From positions 248,001 through 312,000 of the IMG/VR virus record IMGVR_UViG_3300020477_000990: a DNA stretch of 64,000 nucleotides; one strand, 5' to 3'. Under the pieces are notes generated by a model that saw nothing but the letters and a program-made list of their open reading frames with translations, was not told the DNA's origin and searched no databases. This document shows positions 8,707 to 18,006 of this stretch, piece after piece. Positions within the stretch are counted from its first letter, which is position 1; each line of letters opens with the position of its first letter. Made by a program: the position numbers and the translations under genes.

Positions 8707-11031
8707 ATGAACGCACAGGGCAAAAAAGAAATCTATATAGTAAAACGAAACGGTCAACGTGAACCGTTAGATATTAACAAAGTACATAAAATGACAGAAG
8801 CCGCTTGTGGGGATCTCCCAGGAGTGTCAAGTTCACTAGTTGAAATGAATTCAGGATTACAGTTTTCAGATGGTATGACAACTGCTCAAATTCAAGAGAT
8901 TTTAATTCGTTCTGCTAATGATCTTATATCATTAGAATCACCAAATTATCAATATGTAGCGGCAAGATTATTATTGTTTACTATTAGAAAAGAAGTATTT
9001 GGAAAACATATTGATGGTAACTATCAAGTTCCATTACAGTTTTTAGTTGGAAGAAATATTGAAAAAGGATTATATGATTCTAATATAATGAAATGGTATA
9101 CTGATGAAGATTTTAAAAGATTAGATTCATATATTAAACATGATAGAGATTACAATTTTACATACGCAGGATTAAGGCAAGTTTCTGACAAATATCTAGT
9201 ACAAGATAGAAGTTCCGGAAATGTATTTGAAACACCTCAGTATATGTATATGTTAATTGCGGCAACATTGTTTTGCAACTATCCAAAAGAAACACGTCTA
9301 TCATATGTAAAAAGATATTATGATGCTGTTTCTACTTTTAAAATTAATATTCCTACGCCAGTGATGGCAGGAGTACGTACACCATTAAGACAATATGCTT
9401 CTTGTGTATTAGTTGATGTAGACGATACATTAAATTCAATTTTTTCTAGTGATATGGCAATTGGTAGATACATTGCACAAAGAGCCGGCATTGGAATTAA
9501 TGCAGGTAGAATACGTGGAATTAATTCACGTATTAGGGGTGGAGAAGTAGCACACACAGGTGTTATCCCATTTCTTAAAAAGTTTGAATCAACGGTAAGA
9601 TGCTGTACGCAAAACGGAGTACGTGGTGGTAGTGCTACGGTCCATTTCCCTATCTGGCACCAAGAAATAGAAGACATACTTGTATTAAAAAATAATAAAG
9701 GTACAGAAGATAATAGAGTACGAAAACTTGATTATTCAATACAATTGTCAAAAATATTTTATGAAAGATTTATTAAAGGAGGAAATATTACTTTGTTTTC
9801 TCCACATCAAGTACCAGGTTTATATGAAGCATTTGGTACACCAAAATTTGATAAGTTATATAAAAAATATGAACAAGATGAAACAATACCTAAAAAAATT
9901 GTACAAGCAAGAACATTAATTAGTGATGTTTTAAAAGAACGTGCTGAAACAGGAAGAATTTATATTATGAATATAGATCATGCAAACGAACATAGTTCAT
10001 TTGTAGATAAAGTTAATATGAGTAATTTATGCCAAGAAATAACTTTACCTACTGATCCTTTACAGCATATTGATGGAAAAGGTGAAATTGCTTTATGTAT
10101 TCTTTCAGCAATTAATGTTGGATTAATAAAAGATTTAACTGAACTTGCTCATTTATGTGATTTGGCAGTAAGAGCTTTAGATGAAATTATTGAGCACCAA
10201 GGTTATCCTGTTAAGGCGGCAGAACATTCTACAAAAGCAAGACGTTCACTTGGTATTGGATATATTGGTTTAGCACACTATTTGGCTAAAAATAAAGTTA
10301 AGTTTAATGATAAAAGAGCTTGGAAAATTGTAAATGAATTAACAGAAGCATTTCAATATTCTTTGATTAAAGCAAGTGTAGAGTTAGCAAAAGAAAAAGG
10401 CCCTTGTGATTATTTTAAAAAAACAAAATATTCAAAAGGAATTATGCCAGTTGATACTTATAAAAAAGATGTAGATGAAGTTGTTGGAGATAAGTTAAAA
10501 CAAAATTGGGAAAAATTACGTACTGAAGTTAAGCAATATGGAATGAGGCATTCAACATTATCAGCACAAATGCCTAGCGAAAGTTCTTCTGTAGTAGGCA
10601 ATGCTACTAATGGAATTGAACCACCTAGAGATTATTTGTCAGTTAAGAAAAGTAAAAAAGGTCCACTAAAGCAAATAGTTCCACAGTATAAAACATTAAA
10701 AGATTATTATACGTTGTTATGGGATATGCCAAGCAATGAAGGATATATTAATATTGTTGCTGTTATGCAAAAATATTTTGATCAAGCAATATCAGGAAAC
10801 TGGAGTTATAATCCAACGCATTTTGATAATAATGAAGTTCCAATGAGTGTATTAACAAAAGATTTTTTAACAACATATAAGTTAGGTTGGAAAACGTCAT
10901 ATTATCAAAATACATATGATTTTAAAGGTGAAGAACCAAATATTACAGATCAAGAAAATACATTAACAGTTGATGAAGCTTTAAGTACTGCTGAAGATAA
11001 TGATGAGGAATGCGATTCATGTACAATATAA
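8707..11031 (+). CDS. nrdA: ribonucleotide reductase class Ia alpha subunit with ATP cone
   Basis: VKRNG ATP cone, PTPVMAG, ASCVL, SNLCQEI, ALCILS, C-terminal CDSC. Confidence 0.97.
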   Translation: MNAQGKKEIYIVKRNGQREPLDINKVHKMTEAACGDLPGVSSSLVEMNSGLQFSDGMTTAQIQEILIRSANDLISLESPNYQYVAARLLLFTIRKEVFGKHIDGNYQVPLQFLVGRNIEKGLYDSNIMKWYTDEDFKRLDSYIKHDRDYNFTYAGLRQVSDKYLVQDRSSGNVFETPQYMYMLIAATLFCNYPKETRLSYVKRYYDAVSTFKINIPTPVMAGVRTPLRQYASCVLVDVDDTLNSIFSSDMAIGRYIAQRAGIGINAGRIRGINSRIRGGEVAHTGVIPFLKKFESTVRCCTQNGVRGGSATVHFPIWHQEIEDILVLKNNKGTEDNRVRKLDYSIQLSKIFYERFIKGGNITLFSPHQVPGLYEAFGTPKFDKLYKKYEQDETIPKKIVQARTLISDVLKERAETGRIYIMNIDHANEHSSFVDKVNMSNLCQEITLPTDPLQHIDGKGEIALCILSAINVGLIKDLTELAHLCDLAVRALDEIIEHQGYPVKAAEHSTKARRSLGIGYIGLAHYLAKNKVKFNDKRAWKIVNELTEAFQYSLIKASVELAKEKGPCDYFKKTKYSKGIMPVDTYKKDVDEVVGDKLKQNWEKLRTEVKQYGMRHSTLSAQMPSESSSVVGNATNGIEPPRDYLSVKKSKKGPLKQIVPQYKTLKDYYTLLWDMPSNEGYINIVAVMQKYFDQAISGNWSYNPTHFDNNEVPMSVLTKDFLTTYKLGWKTSYYQNTYDFKGEEPNITDQENTLTVDEALSTAEDNDEECDSCTI

Positions 11032-11033
11032 AC

Positions 11034-11061
11034 TTGACAATACAACGAGAGAGTGTATAAT
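11034..11061 (+). promoter_or_regulatory. sigma70-type promoter TTGACA-N16-TATAAT, leaderless geometry
   Basis: -10 ends 6 nt before the ATG at 11068. Confidence 0.7.
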
Positions 11062-11067
11062 AGAATT

Positions 11068-12168
11068 ATGAAAACAGTATTCAATAAAAACAGTAATATA
11101 GATTTTACAAAGCAACCAATGTTTTTTGGAGAAGATCAGAATGTGCAAAGGTATGATGTTTTTAAATATCCACAGTTTGATAAATTAAATCAAACTATGC
11201 TAGGATACTTTTGGAGACCTGAAGAAGTAAGTTTACAAAAAGATAGAGCAGATTATCAAACATTTAGACCAGAACAAAAACATATTTTTACAGCAAACTT
11301 AAAATACCAAACGTTATTAGATTCAGTACAAGGTAGAGGACCAAGTTTAATGTTTTTACCTTATGTTTCTAATCCTGAGTTAGAAGGCTGTATTGTTACT
11401 TGGGATTTCTTTGAAGCATTACACTCTAGAAGTTATACTCATATTATGAAAAATGTATATTCTGATCCAAGTGAAGTATTTGATACAATATTAGATGATA
11501 AAGAAATTTTAAAACGTGCTGTTAGTGTTACAAAAAATTATGATTCATTTGGAGAAGCGGCACAAAATTATGTAGTTAAAGGTAAAGGAGATATTCTTGA
11601 TGTTAAGAAAAAACTTTACCTAGCAATGGTAAATGTAAATATTTTAGAAGGATTAAGATTTTATGTTTCTTTTGCTTGTACATTTGCTTTTGGCGAATTG
11701 AAACTTATGGAAGGGTCAGCAAAAATTATTTCATTAATTGCAAGAGATGAAGCAACACATTTAAATTTAACTACTCATGTAATTAAAGCATGGCAAAAAG
11801 GTGATGATTCTCAAATGTTAAAAATTATTAAAGATACTAAAAAAGATGTTGAAGAAATGTTTAGAAATGCTGTTGATGAAGAAAAAGCATGGGCAAATTA
11901 TTTAATGAAAGATGGTTCAATTATAGGACTTAATTCAAAATTATTAGGTGATTACGTTGAATGGATTGCAAATAAAAGATTGCGAGCTATTGGCTTTGAT
12001 CCAATATATGATATTCCTGCTACACAGAACCCGTTACCATGGACGCAACATTGGCTATCAAGTGCAGGAATGCAAGTTGCCCCACAAGAAACAGAAGTTG
12101 AAAGTTATATTATCGGTGGGTTAAAACAAGACGTAGATGATAAAACTTTCGAGGACTTTAAACTATAA
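11068..12168 (+). CDS. nrdB: ribonucleotide reductase class Ia beta subunit
   Basis: FWRPEEV, LLDSVQGR, EALHSRSY, EGLRFY, RDEATH, VAPQETE. Confidence 0.97.
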   Translation: MKTVFNKNSNIDFTKQPMFFGEDQNVQRYDVFKYPQFDKLNQTMLGYFWRPEEVSLQKDRADYQTFRPEQKHIFTANLKYQTLLDSVQGRGPSLMFLPYVSNPELEGCIVTWDFFEALHSRSYTHIMKNVYSDPSEVFDTILDDKEILKRAVSVTKNYDSFGEAAQNYVVKGKGDILDVKKKLYLAMVNVNILEGLRFYVSFACTFAFGELKLMEGSAKIISLIARDEATHLNLTTHVIKAWQKGDDSQMLKIIKDTKKDVEEMFRNAVDEEKAWANYLMKDGSIIGLNSKLLGDYVEWIANKRLRAIGFDPIYDIPATQNPLPWTQHWLSSAGMQVAPQETEVESYIIGGLKQDVDDKTFEDFKL

Positions 12169-12182
12169 TAAGAAAGAAAACA

Positions 12183-12491
12183 ATGTTAAAACAAAAACTA
12201 AACAAAGATGATGTTGTAGTATTTAGAACAGTAGGTAGTGATGAAGTTATTGCTACTTTAATTGAAGAAACTGATACTGCTTATCGTGTTAGCAAACCTC
12301 TAGCTTTAGCAATGACGGCAAAAGGTGTTGGCATGACACAATATATGATAATGGCTGATAAAGAAAGCGAATTTGAATTTCTAAAAACCACACTAATTAC
12401 GGTAGGAAAAGCAAATTCACAAGCCAAAGAAGCATACGCACAAAGCATATCTAATATCGTACAACCACCAAAACAATCGATAATCACCTAA
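12183..12491 (+). CDS. hypothetical protein (small beta-barrel, possibly Sm-like)
   Basis: 102 aa, alternating beta pattern. Confidence 0.55.
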   Translation: MLKQKLNKDDVVVFRTVGSDEVIATLIEETDTAYRVSKPLALAMTAKGVGMTQYMIMADKESEFEFLKTTLITVGKANSQAKEAYAQSISNIVQPPKQSIIT

Positions 12492-12500
12492 TCTAAAAGA

Positions 12501-12508
12501 AATAAATA
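12501..12508 (+). promoter_or_regulatory. late promoter AATAAATA
   Basis: upstream of the PAAR gene. Confidence 0.55.
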
Positions 12509-12529
12509 CTACTATAAAGGATTGTAAAA

Positions 12530-12814
12530 ATGCCATTAGTAGCTAGATTAGGAGATACTTGTACAGGTCATGGATGCTGGCCATCTAGACCCAATGTGAG
12601 TGCTTCTCCAAATGTATTTGCTGATGGAATACCAGTTCATAGAGTTGGTGATGCTTGGGGAACGCATTGCTGTTTAGCACTTTGTCACTCAAGTGTATTA
12701 GCAACCGGATCACCAAATGTATTTGCAAATAATATACAAGTTGGCAGAATAGGTGATGCTGTAGCTTGTGGTAGTACAGTAGCTACTGGGTCAGCAACAG
12801 TATGGGCAAATTAA
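12530..12814 (+). CDS. PAAR-domain spike-tip protein (T4 gp5.4-like)
   Basis: ARLGD..TGH, SPNVFADGIPVHRVGD, GRIGDAVACG repeats. Confidence 0.92.
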   Translation: MPLVARLGDTCTGHGCWPSRPNVSASPNVFADGIPVHRVGDAWGTHCCLALCHSSVLATGSPNVFANNIQVGRIGDAVACGSTVATGSATVWAN

Positions 12815-12825
12815 GGAGTTAAATT

Positions 12826-13713
12826 ATGGCAACAATTTTACCAGGTGACGGGAGTAGTTTGTGGAATAACTTTGATGGAACAGCGATTTCTCAATCAATG
12901 GGAAGTATTGCAAAAGAAAGTTTGCAAAATGGATATTTTGATATTAAAGATACTACAGACTTATACGGAAATTCAATAAAAACACAAACGGCTTGGAAAA
13001 ATCCAAATTACGAAAAAGAATCACAAATTAAAAATATATTATATAATGGAAATGGTAATTGGATTGGTATGTCTAATTTGCCAGAAGGATGGAACAATCC
13101 AAATATTAGTAATAGAGCAACTATTGTTGAACTTGGAAGACCATTAAACGATACAGAATTAGATCAGATGACACAAATAGATGGATTGTTAAATGACTTT
13201 CATAGGCACGGAAATATACAAAGTGGTGTTGAACAAAATGATTGGGGTGGCAACAATTTATTTAAAATGATTGGTAAACATAAATCATTTCATTTACCAG
13301 GTGGACAATTACCTAAACCAATTGGACAGATGCTATCAATAGGACAAGGTATTAATTCCTTAAATACAGCATTAGGTAATGCGGCATCAGTAAATTCAGG
13401 TCCTTGTAAATTTATAGAAGACTTATTTGGAGCAATATCTAAAGGTGGTGCTATATTAAGTAAAATTTTAGGATTTATTAGTAGTGCATTGGGAATTTTA
13501 AATATGATAAATGGTATCATTGGATTCGTTCAACAGTTAGCCGCACAGATATTAGCAGACTTGGCGGCGTTAGCAGGTGCAATTACAAGAATAACAAATG
13601 CCGCAATTGCTGGATTGTTAGATGGATTAATGAGTGATCCTTGTTTAAAGCATTTAATTTATGCAGGTATCGCCGGAGTAGGGTTAATTAAGACAATTAA
13701 AAAGTTCACCTAA
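12826..13713 (+). CDS. hypothetical virion protein with amphipathic C-terminal helices
   Basis: follows PAAR; hydrophobic Ala/Gly/Ile/Leu C-terminal third. Confidence 0.55.
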   Translation: MATILPGDGSSLWNNFDGTAISQSMGSIAKESLQNGYFDIKDTTDLYGNSIKTQTAWKNPNYEKESQIKNILYNGNGNWIGMSNLPEGWNNPNISNRATIVELGRPLNDTELDQMTQIDGLLNDFHRHGNIQSGVEQNDWGGNNLFKMIGKHKSFHLPGGQLPKPIGQMLSIGQGINSLNTALGNAASVNSGPCKFIEDLFGAISKGGAILSKILGFISSALGILNMINGIIGFVQQLAAQILADLAALAGAITRITNAAIAGLLDGLMSDPCLKHLIYAGIAGVGLIKTIKKFT

Positions 13714-13720
13714 TTAATAT

Positions 13721-13810
13721 GGAAGGGTGGCTGAGTGGTTGAAAGCACCGGTCTTGAAAACCGGCAAAGGCGCAAGTCTTTCCAGAGTTCGAATCTCTGC
13801 CCTTCCGCCA
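13721..13810 (+). tRNA. tRNA-Ser(TGA)
   Basis: GGAAGGG/CCCTTCC acceptor, CCGGT-cttgaaa-ACCGG anticodon arm, long variable arm, GTTCGAATC, CCA. Confidence 0.96.
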
Positions 13811-13830
13811 GTAATAAATATATGTAAGTT

Positions 13831-14454
13831 ATGGATCATTTAGAACAATTATTAAGCACACGTCATACTTACAAGACGTTTCTCCCCAAAGCATTGGAAG
13901 ATGAAAAAATTGAAAGAATACTTAAATCCATAACTGACGTCCCGTCATGTAATAATAGATACAATTACAAAGTTAAAGTGTTAAAAAATAGTTTAGAAGA
14001 AAGAAAACAAAAAATAGGTTTATTTGATTACGTTTGTACAATGTCAAAAAATCCAGTAAAATATGATGATACTTCTGAAAATTTAGTAACAAGATCTCCT
14101 AAATCATATGATGAAGCAATGAGATGGTTGGAATTAAAAAATTTAGATCAGCATATAAATGGTCAAGTTTTAGCACCTTTAGTATTAGTGTATTATGTTG
14201 CTGACGATGATCCAGTTCAACTTGATATACTTGATATGGGGTTATCATGTTGGAATAATATTATTACAGCACAAATGCTTGGAATACAAAGTGGATTTTG
14301 TGGTTGTTTTGATAAAGCATTTATGAAAGATTTTTTAGAATTAGAAGGTTCTCCAGTTGTAGCAATAGGATTTGGATATGCTAATGATATTATTGATAAC
14401 GATCAAAAACATCCTGATAATCCTAGACCAAAATATACAGATTTAATAGTTTAA
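13831..14454 (+). CDS. nitroreductase-family flavoprotein
   Basis: STRHTYKTF, DVPSCNNRY, DMGL...AQMLGIQSGFCGC, VAIGFGY. Confidence 0.75.
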   Translation: MDHLEQLLSTRHTYKTFLPKALEDEKIERILKSITDVPSCNNRYNYKVKVLKNSLEERKQKIGLFDYVCTMSKNPVKYDDTSENLVTRSPKSYDEAMRWLELKNLDQHINGQVLAPLVLVYYVADDDPVQLDILDMGLSCWNNIITAQMLGIQSGFCGCFDKAFMKDFLELEGSPVVAIGFGYANDIIDNDQKHPDNPRPKYTDLIV

Positions 14455-15242
14455 TATTTTTTAATTTTAGTGTGTATACTTGGACCAAGACTTTTTTCTC
14501 GTTTGTATTTGACTCTTTTTAAGATCAAATCATTATCATCTTTATAATATGAATATCCATGACACGTCATTAATCCAAGTACATGGTCGTTTGATATTCC
14601 TAGCAATCTATTCAATTCATCAGATGCTGTATGATCACTAGCATGATTTATACATCCACAAAACGTATTGTGTAACCCCATAGTCATACCACACCAAATT
14701 GCGGAAGTAGCCATTACTCCTATATTAACACCTTTAGAACAGTCTGGTCCATCATTCCATTGGACTTTACCTTCTTTCCAGCCAGGAGCCTTGTGAAAAT
14801 ATAACACAACCAATGGAGCAAACAATTGAGTGTTTGGTCGTAATCGAATGTCCTTCCTATGATTAAAAATCCATTTGTATTTTTCATCAACAAAGTTTTT
14901 ATATCTAGCAATGTCATTAATTGAATAAGTCGTTACTGTGTTATCAGGAACTGCCGAAATATTTGCCCAGATGTATTGTTTGATTAATTTTCCTTGTTCA
15001 GAATTGGTTAGTGCTATTTTTAAATAATCACTATGATTAATTGGATATTTAATTTTGGCATCTGGTTGGTCATAAAAAGGATAAGGCTTAAATGGTGCCT
15101 TTTCAATACTTCGTAAAATGCAATCGGTTTGTTCTTCAGAAACATCACGGTCTAAATCAAACCATTTCCAGTTTCCTCGATCATCAATCATGTTTTCAAT
15201 GTCTTGTATGTTTGACAGAGATTTTTCGTTAATTATGCCCAT
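14451..15242 (-). CDS. nitroreductase-family flavoprotein (divergent paralog)
   Basis: RGNWKWF, APLVVLYF, NIGVMA...MGLHNTFCGC, MTCHGY; AAGGA SD. Confidence 0.65.
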   Translation of the reverse strand: MGIINEKSLSNIQDIENMIDDRGNWKWFDLDRDVSEEQTDCILRSIEKAPFKPYPFYDQPDAKIKYPINHSDYLKIALTNSEQGKLIKQYIWANISAVPDNTVTTYSINDIARYKNFVDEKYKWIFNHRKDIRLRPNTQLFAPLVVLYFHKAPGWKEGKVQWNDGPDCSKGVNIGVMATSAIWCGMTMGLHNTFCGCINHASDHTASDELNRLLGISNDHVLGLMTCHGYSYYKDDNDLILKRVKYKREKSLGPSIHTKIKKY

Positions 15243-15285
15243 GTTTATCCTTGACTAAATACCATAAAATATAGTATTATTTAGT

Positions 15286-15648
15286 ATGACGTATTATGTA
15301 AATGAAAATTGTATAAAATGTAAGCACACAGATTGCGTAGAAGTTTGTCCAGTTGATTGTTTTTATGAAGGTGAAAACTTTCTTGCTATTAAACCTGATG
15401 AATGTATTGATTGTGGAGTCTGTGAACCAGAGTGTCCAGTTGATGCAATAAAAGCCGATACTGATCCAGAGCAACCTAAAGCTGAAATAGATAAATGGGT
15501 TGAGCTAAATACAATGTATGCTAACCAATGGCCCAATATAACAAAAAAGAAAGATGCATTACCTGAAGCAAAAGAATATGATCCAGAAACTTATAAAGAA
15601 GATAAAACATCTTTACTATCTGAAAAGCCAGGTACAGGAGATGAATAA
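15286..15648 (+). CDS. fdxA: 7Fe/8Fe ferredoxin, FdxA type
   Basis: [18 protein letters not shown] and [12 protein letters not shown]. Confidence 0.93.
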   Translation: MTYYVNENCIKCKHTDCVEVCPVDCFYEGENFLAIKPDECIDCGVCEPECPVDAIKADTDPEQPKAEIDKWVELNTMYANQWPNITKKKDALPEAKEYDPETYKEDKTSLLSEKPGTGDE

Positions 15649-16583
15649 TGACAGATAAAAAACAAACACCACAAGAAAAGGCTTTTGAAAAAAAGAAAGC
15701 TGAAAAATTAGCTGAATTAGAAAAAAATAATACTAAACAAACTAAACTTACAGGCACACCATTACGTCCTGAAATGCAACAAGAAATAAAAGTTGATCTA
15801 GAAGGTTTAAGAAAAAATCATATTTTTATAGCAACACCATGTTATGGTGGTATGGTTGGTGAACCATATTTAAAAGCGATGACACAATTATCAATTTTGT
15901 TTAAGCATCATGATTTAAATTTTACATTGGCGACAATAGCAAATGAAAGTTTAGTAACACGAGGAAGAAATACTTTGGTAGCAATGTTTTTAGAAAATCC
16001 AATGTACACTCATTTAATGTTTATTGATGCTGACATAGGATTTAATCCAAACGATTTAGTTAAAATGATGCATCGTGATAAAGAAGTTGTTACTGGAGCA
16101 TATCCTAAGAAGTCAATTAATTGGCCAGCTGTTCATCAAGTAGCAAGAACAACTGAAGATGATAAGGCATGGGATTTAGCAAAGCATCAAGCCCAATATG
16201 TTATTAATGTTAAGAGAGAACATAAAGAGCAAGAAGAGATTCCAATAGTTCAAGGGCTAATTCCAGTTTTAGATTCAGGAACAGGGTTTATGATGATTAA
16301 AAGGTCATGTATAGATAAAATGATAGAAAAATTTCCTGAAACAAAATATAATAATGATCTTAATACTAATCCTAAATACAATCCTTACTTTTATGCGTTA
16401 TTCGATACAATGATAGAAGATGGAACAAAGAGATATTTGTCAGAAGATTACACATTTTGTAGACGTTGGCAGTCAATTGGTGGGGAAATTTGGATGGATC
16501 CTTCTATTGATTTAGATCATTATGGAAATTATTCATTTCAGGGTAATATCAGCGAACAATTTACATTAATCAGAAAAGACTAG
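15648..16583 (+). CDS. GT-A/GT2-like glycosyltransferase
   Basis: IFIATPCY, ESLVTRGRN, FIDADIGF (DxD), LSEDYTFC...GGEIW. Confidence 0.7.
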   Translation: MTDKKQTPQEKAFEKKKAEKLAELEKNNTKQTKLTGTPLRPEMQQEIKVDLEGLRKNHIFIATPCYGGMVGEPYLKAMTQLSILFKHHDLNFTLATIANESLVTRGRNTLVAMFLENPMYTHLMFIDADIGFNPNDLVKMMHRDKEVVTGAYPKKSINWPAVHQVARTTEDDKAWDLAKHQAQYVINVKREHKEQEEIPIVQGLIPVLDSGTGFMMIKRSCIDKMIEKFPETKYNNDLNTNPKYNPYFYALFDTMIEDGTKRYLSEDYTFCRRWQSIGGEIWMDPSIDLDHYGNYSFQGNISEQFTLIRKD

Positions 16584-16586
16584 TAA

Positions 16587-16615
16587 TTGACTTTTGATAC
16601 AAAATATAGTATTAT
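16587..16615 (+). promoter_or_regulatory. sigma70-type promoter TTGACT-N17-TATTAT, leaderless geometry
   Basis: -10 ends 6 nt before the ATG at 16622. Confidence 0.65.
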
Positions 16616-16621
16616 TAAGTA

Positions 16622-17113
16622 ATGAGTCTACTTGAAAAAATAAAACAATTATTTCCAACAGCTTCAAAGCCTAATGATGTAAAAACAATTGGAGATGACC
16701 TTCTTCATAATAGTTTTTTACAACTTACGGAATATGTTGAGCTTGTAGTTGCACAAATATATAAATTAACTAAAGATACTACATATAGAAGTCGTGAAGA
16801 TGGGCTTAAAGGTATAGAATGGCTAAAGAAACAAAAAGAAAAAGATATCAAATACCAGTCAGCATTGGATGAAATTAGAATTCTATATACATGGTGGAAT
16901 GATTTAAGACCAAAAAGAAATGATCCGTGGAAAGGAATTGATCGATCATTTGGTGATTTTAGAGACGAATGGCTAAATACAACGGAAGATAAAAATCCAG
17001 AGTATAAAAGTTTTATGGATCAATGTCGTCATGCAGAGAAAATTCAAAAAGTATATGGCATTGAGGATACCAAGATGCTAATAAGGTTGGTTAACATTAG
17101 AGAATATTTGTAA
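16622..17113 (+). CDS. hypothetical protein
   Basis: 163 aa ORF. Confidence 0.6.
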   Translation: MSLLEKIKQLFPTASKPNDVKTIGDDLLHNSFLQLTEYVELVVAQIYKLTKDTTYRSREDGLKGIEWLKKQKEKDIKYQSALDEIRILYTWWNDLRPKRNDPWKGIDRSFGDFRDEWLNTTEDKNPEYKSFMDQCRHAEKIQKVYGIEDTKMLIRLVNIREYL

Positions 17114-17114
17114 T

Positions 17115-17366
17115 ATGTCAGATAATAATAAAAAAGATGGTTCTAAAACTTTTCATTTAACATATCAAGAAATAGTAGATGCATTTGCACAATATCTTTA
17201 CGATAGACAGTTGCTTGATAATGAAGAATCTGAAGGTTCTTTAGTATTTGAGCTCAGTGAAGATAACGGTGCTAAAGTAATTGTTACTCCTAAAGTAACA
17301 GAAGATGATGAAAGTTCATCAGATTATACAGTTGAGCATATAGATTTAGAAAAGGAAGAAGAATAA
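17115..17366 (+). CDS. small acidic hypothetical protein
   Basis: 83 aa, D/E-rich. Confidence 0.6.
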   Translation: MSDNNKKDGSKTFHLTYQEIVDAFAQYLYDRQLLDNEESEGSLVFELSEDNGAKVIVTPKVTEDDESSSDYTVEHIDLEKEEE

Positions 17367-17367
17367 T

Positions 17368-17553
17368 ATGGCATACGATGTAGAATTAGAACAATTAAAA
17401 GATGAACACGCGAGATTACACATAGCATTAGAAAAATTAGTAGCAGAAGGTGATGATGACGTTAGAATCGCTGTTATGAAAAAAAGAAAGCTATGGATTA
17501 AAGATAAAATTTCACATATTGAAACTAAAAATCAATTAGCACAAGCAAATTAA
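17368..17553 (+). CDS. DUF465/YdcH-like small coiled-coil protein
   Basis: LKDEHARLH...MKKRKLWIKDKI. Confidence 0.7.
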   Translation: MAYDVELEQLKDEHARLHIALEKLVAEGDDDVRIAVMKKRKLWIKDKISHIETKNQLAQAN

Positions 17554-17569
17554 TATAATAAAAATAATC

Positions 17570-17980
17570 ATGTACGAATATAGATGTAAAATACTAAGAA
17601 TAGTGGACGGTGATACAGTAGACGTTGACGTAGATTTAGGATTTGGTACATGGATGCACAAAGAACGTGTTAGATTATTAGGAATAGACACTCCAGAATC
17701 AAGAACACGTGATAAAGAAGAAAAGAAATTTGGAATATTATCAAAGAATTATTTAAAAACCCACTATCCTGTGGGATCATCAGCAGTATTAAGAACCCAT
17801 AAAGACAAAACAGGAAAGTTTGGTCGTATATTGGGAGAGTTTATATATGATAAAACAACAATTAACCAGAAAATGGTTGACGAAGGCTATGCAGTAGTGT
17901 ACAATGGACAAAGTAAAGATGATATACAAAAAATGCATTTAAATAACCGTATACGGCTAATTAACGAAGGTAAACTATAA
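17570..17980 (+). CDS. thermonuclease (SNase family)
   Basis: [30 protein letters not shown]. Confidence 0.9.
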   Translation: MYEYRCKILRIVDGDTVDVDVDLGFGTWMHKERVRLLGIDTPESRTRDKEEKKFGILSKNYLKTHYPVGSSAVLRTHKDKTGKFGRILGEFIYDKTTINQKMVDEGYAVVYNGQSKDDIQKMHLNNRIRLINEGKL

Positions 17981-17983
17981 ATA
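17976..17983 (+). promoter_or_regulatory. late promoter TATAAATA upstream of EF-G
   Basis: exact consensus. Confidence 0.5.
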
Positions 17984-18006
17984 TAGGAAACTATAGACTT
18001 AATACA

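Noticed and set aside
8707-12168. Introns or inteins in nrdAB (also checked ligase and EF-G)
   Set aside because: Lengths and motif spacing are normal and the frames are uninterrupted.
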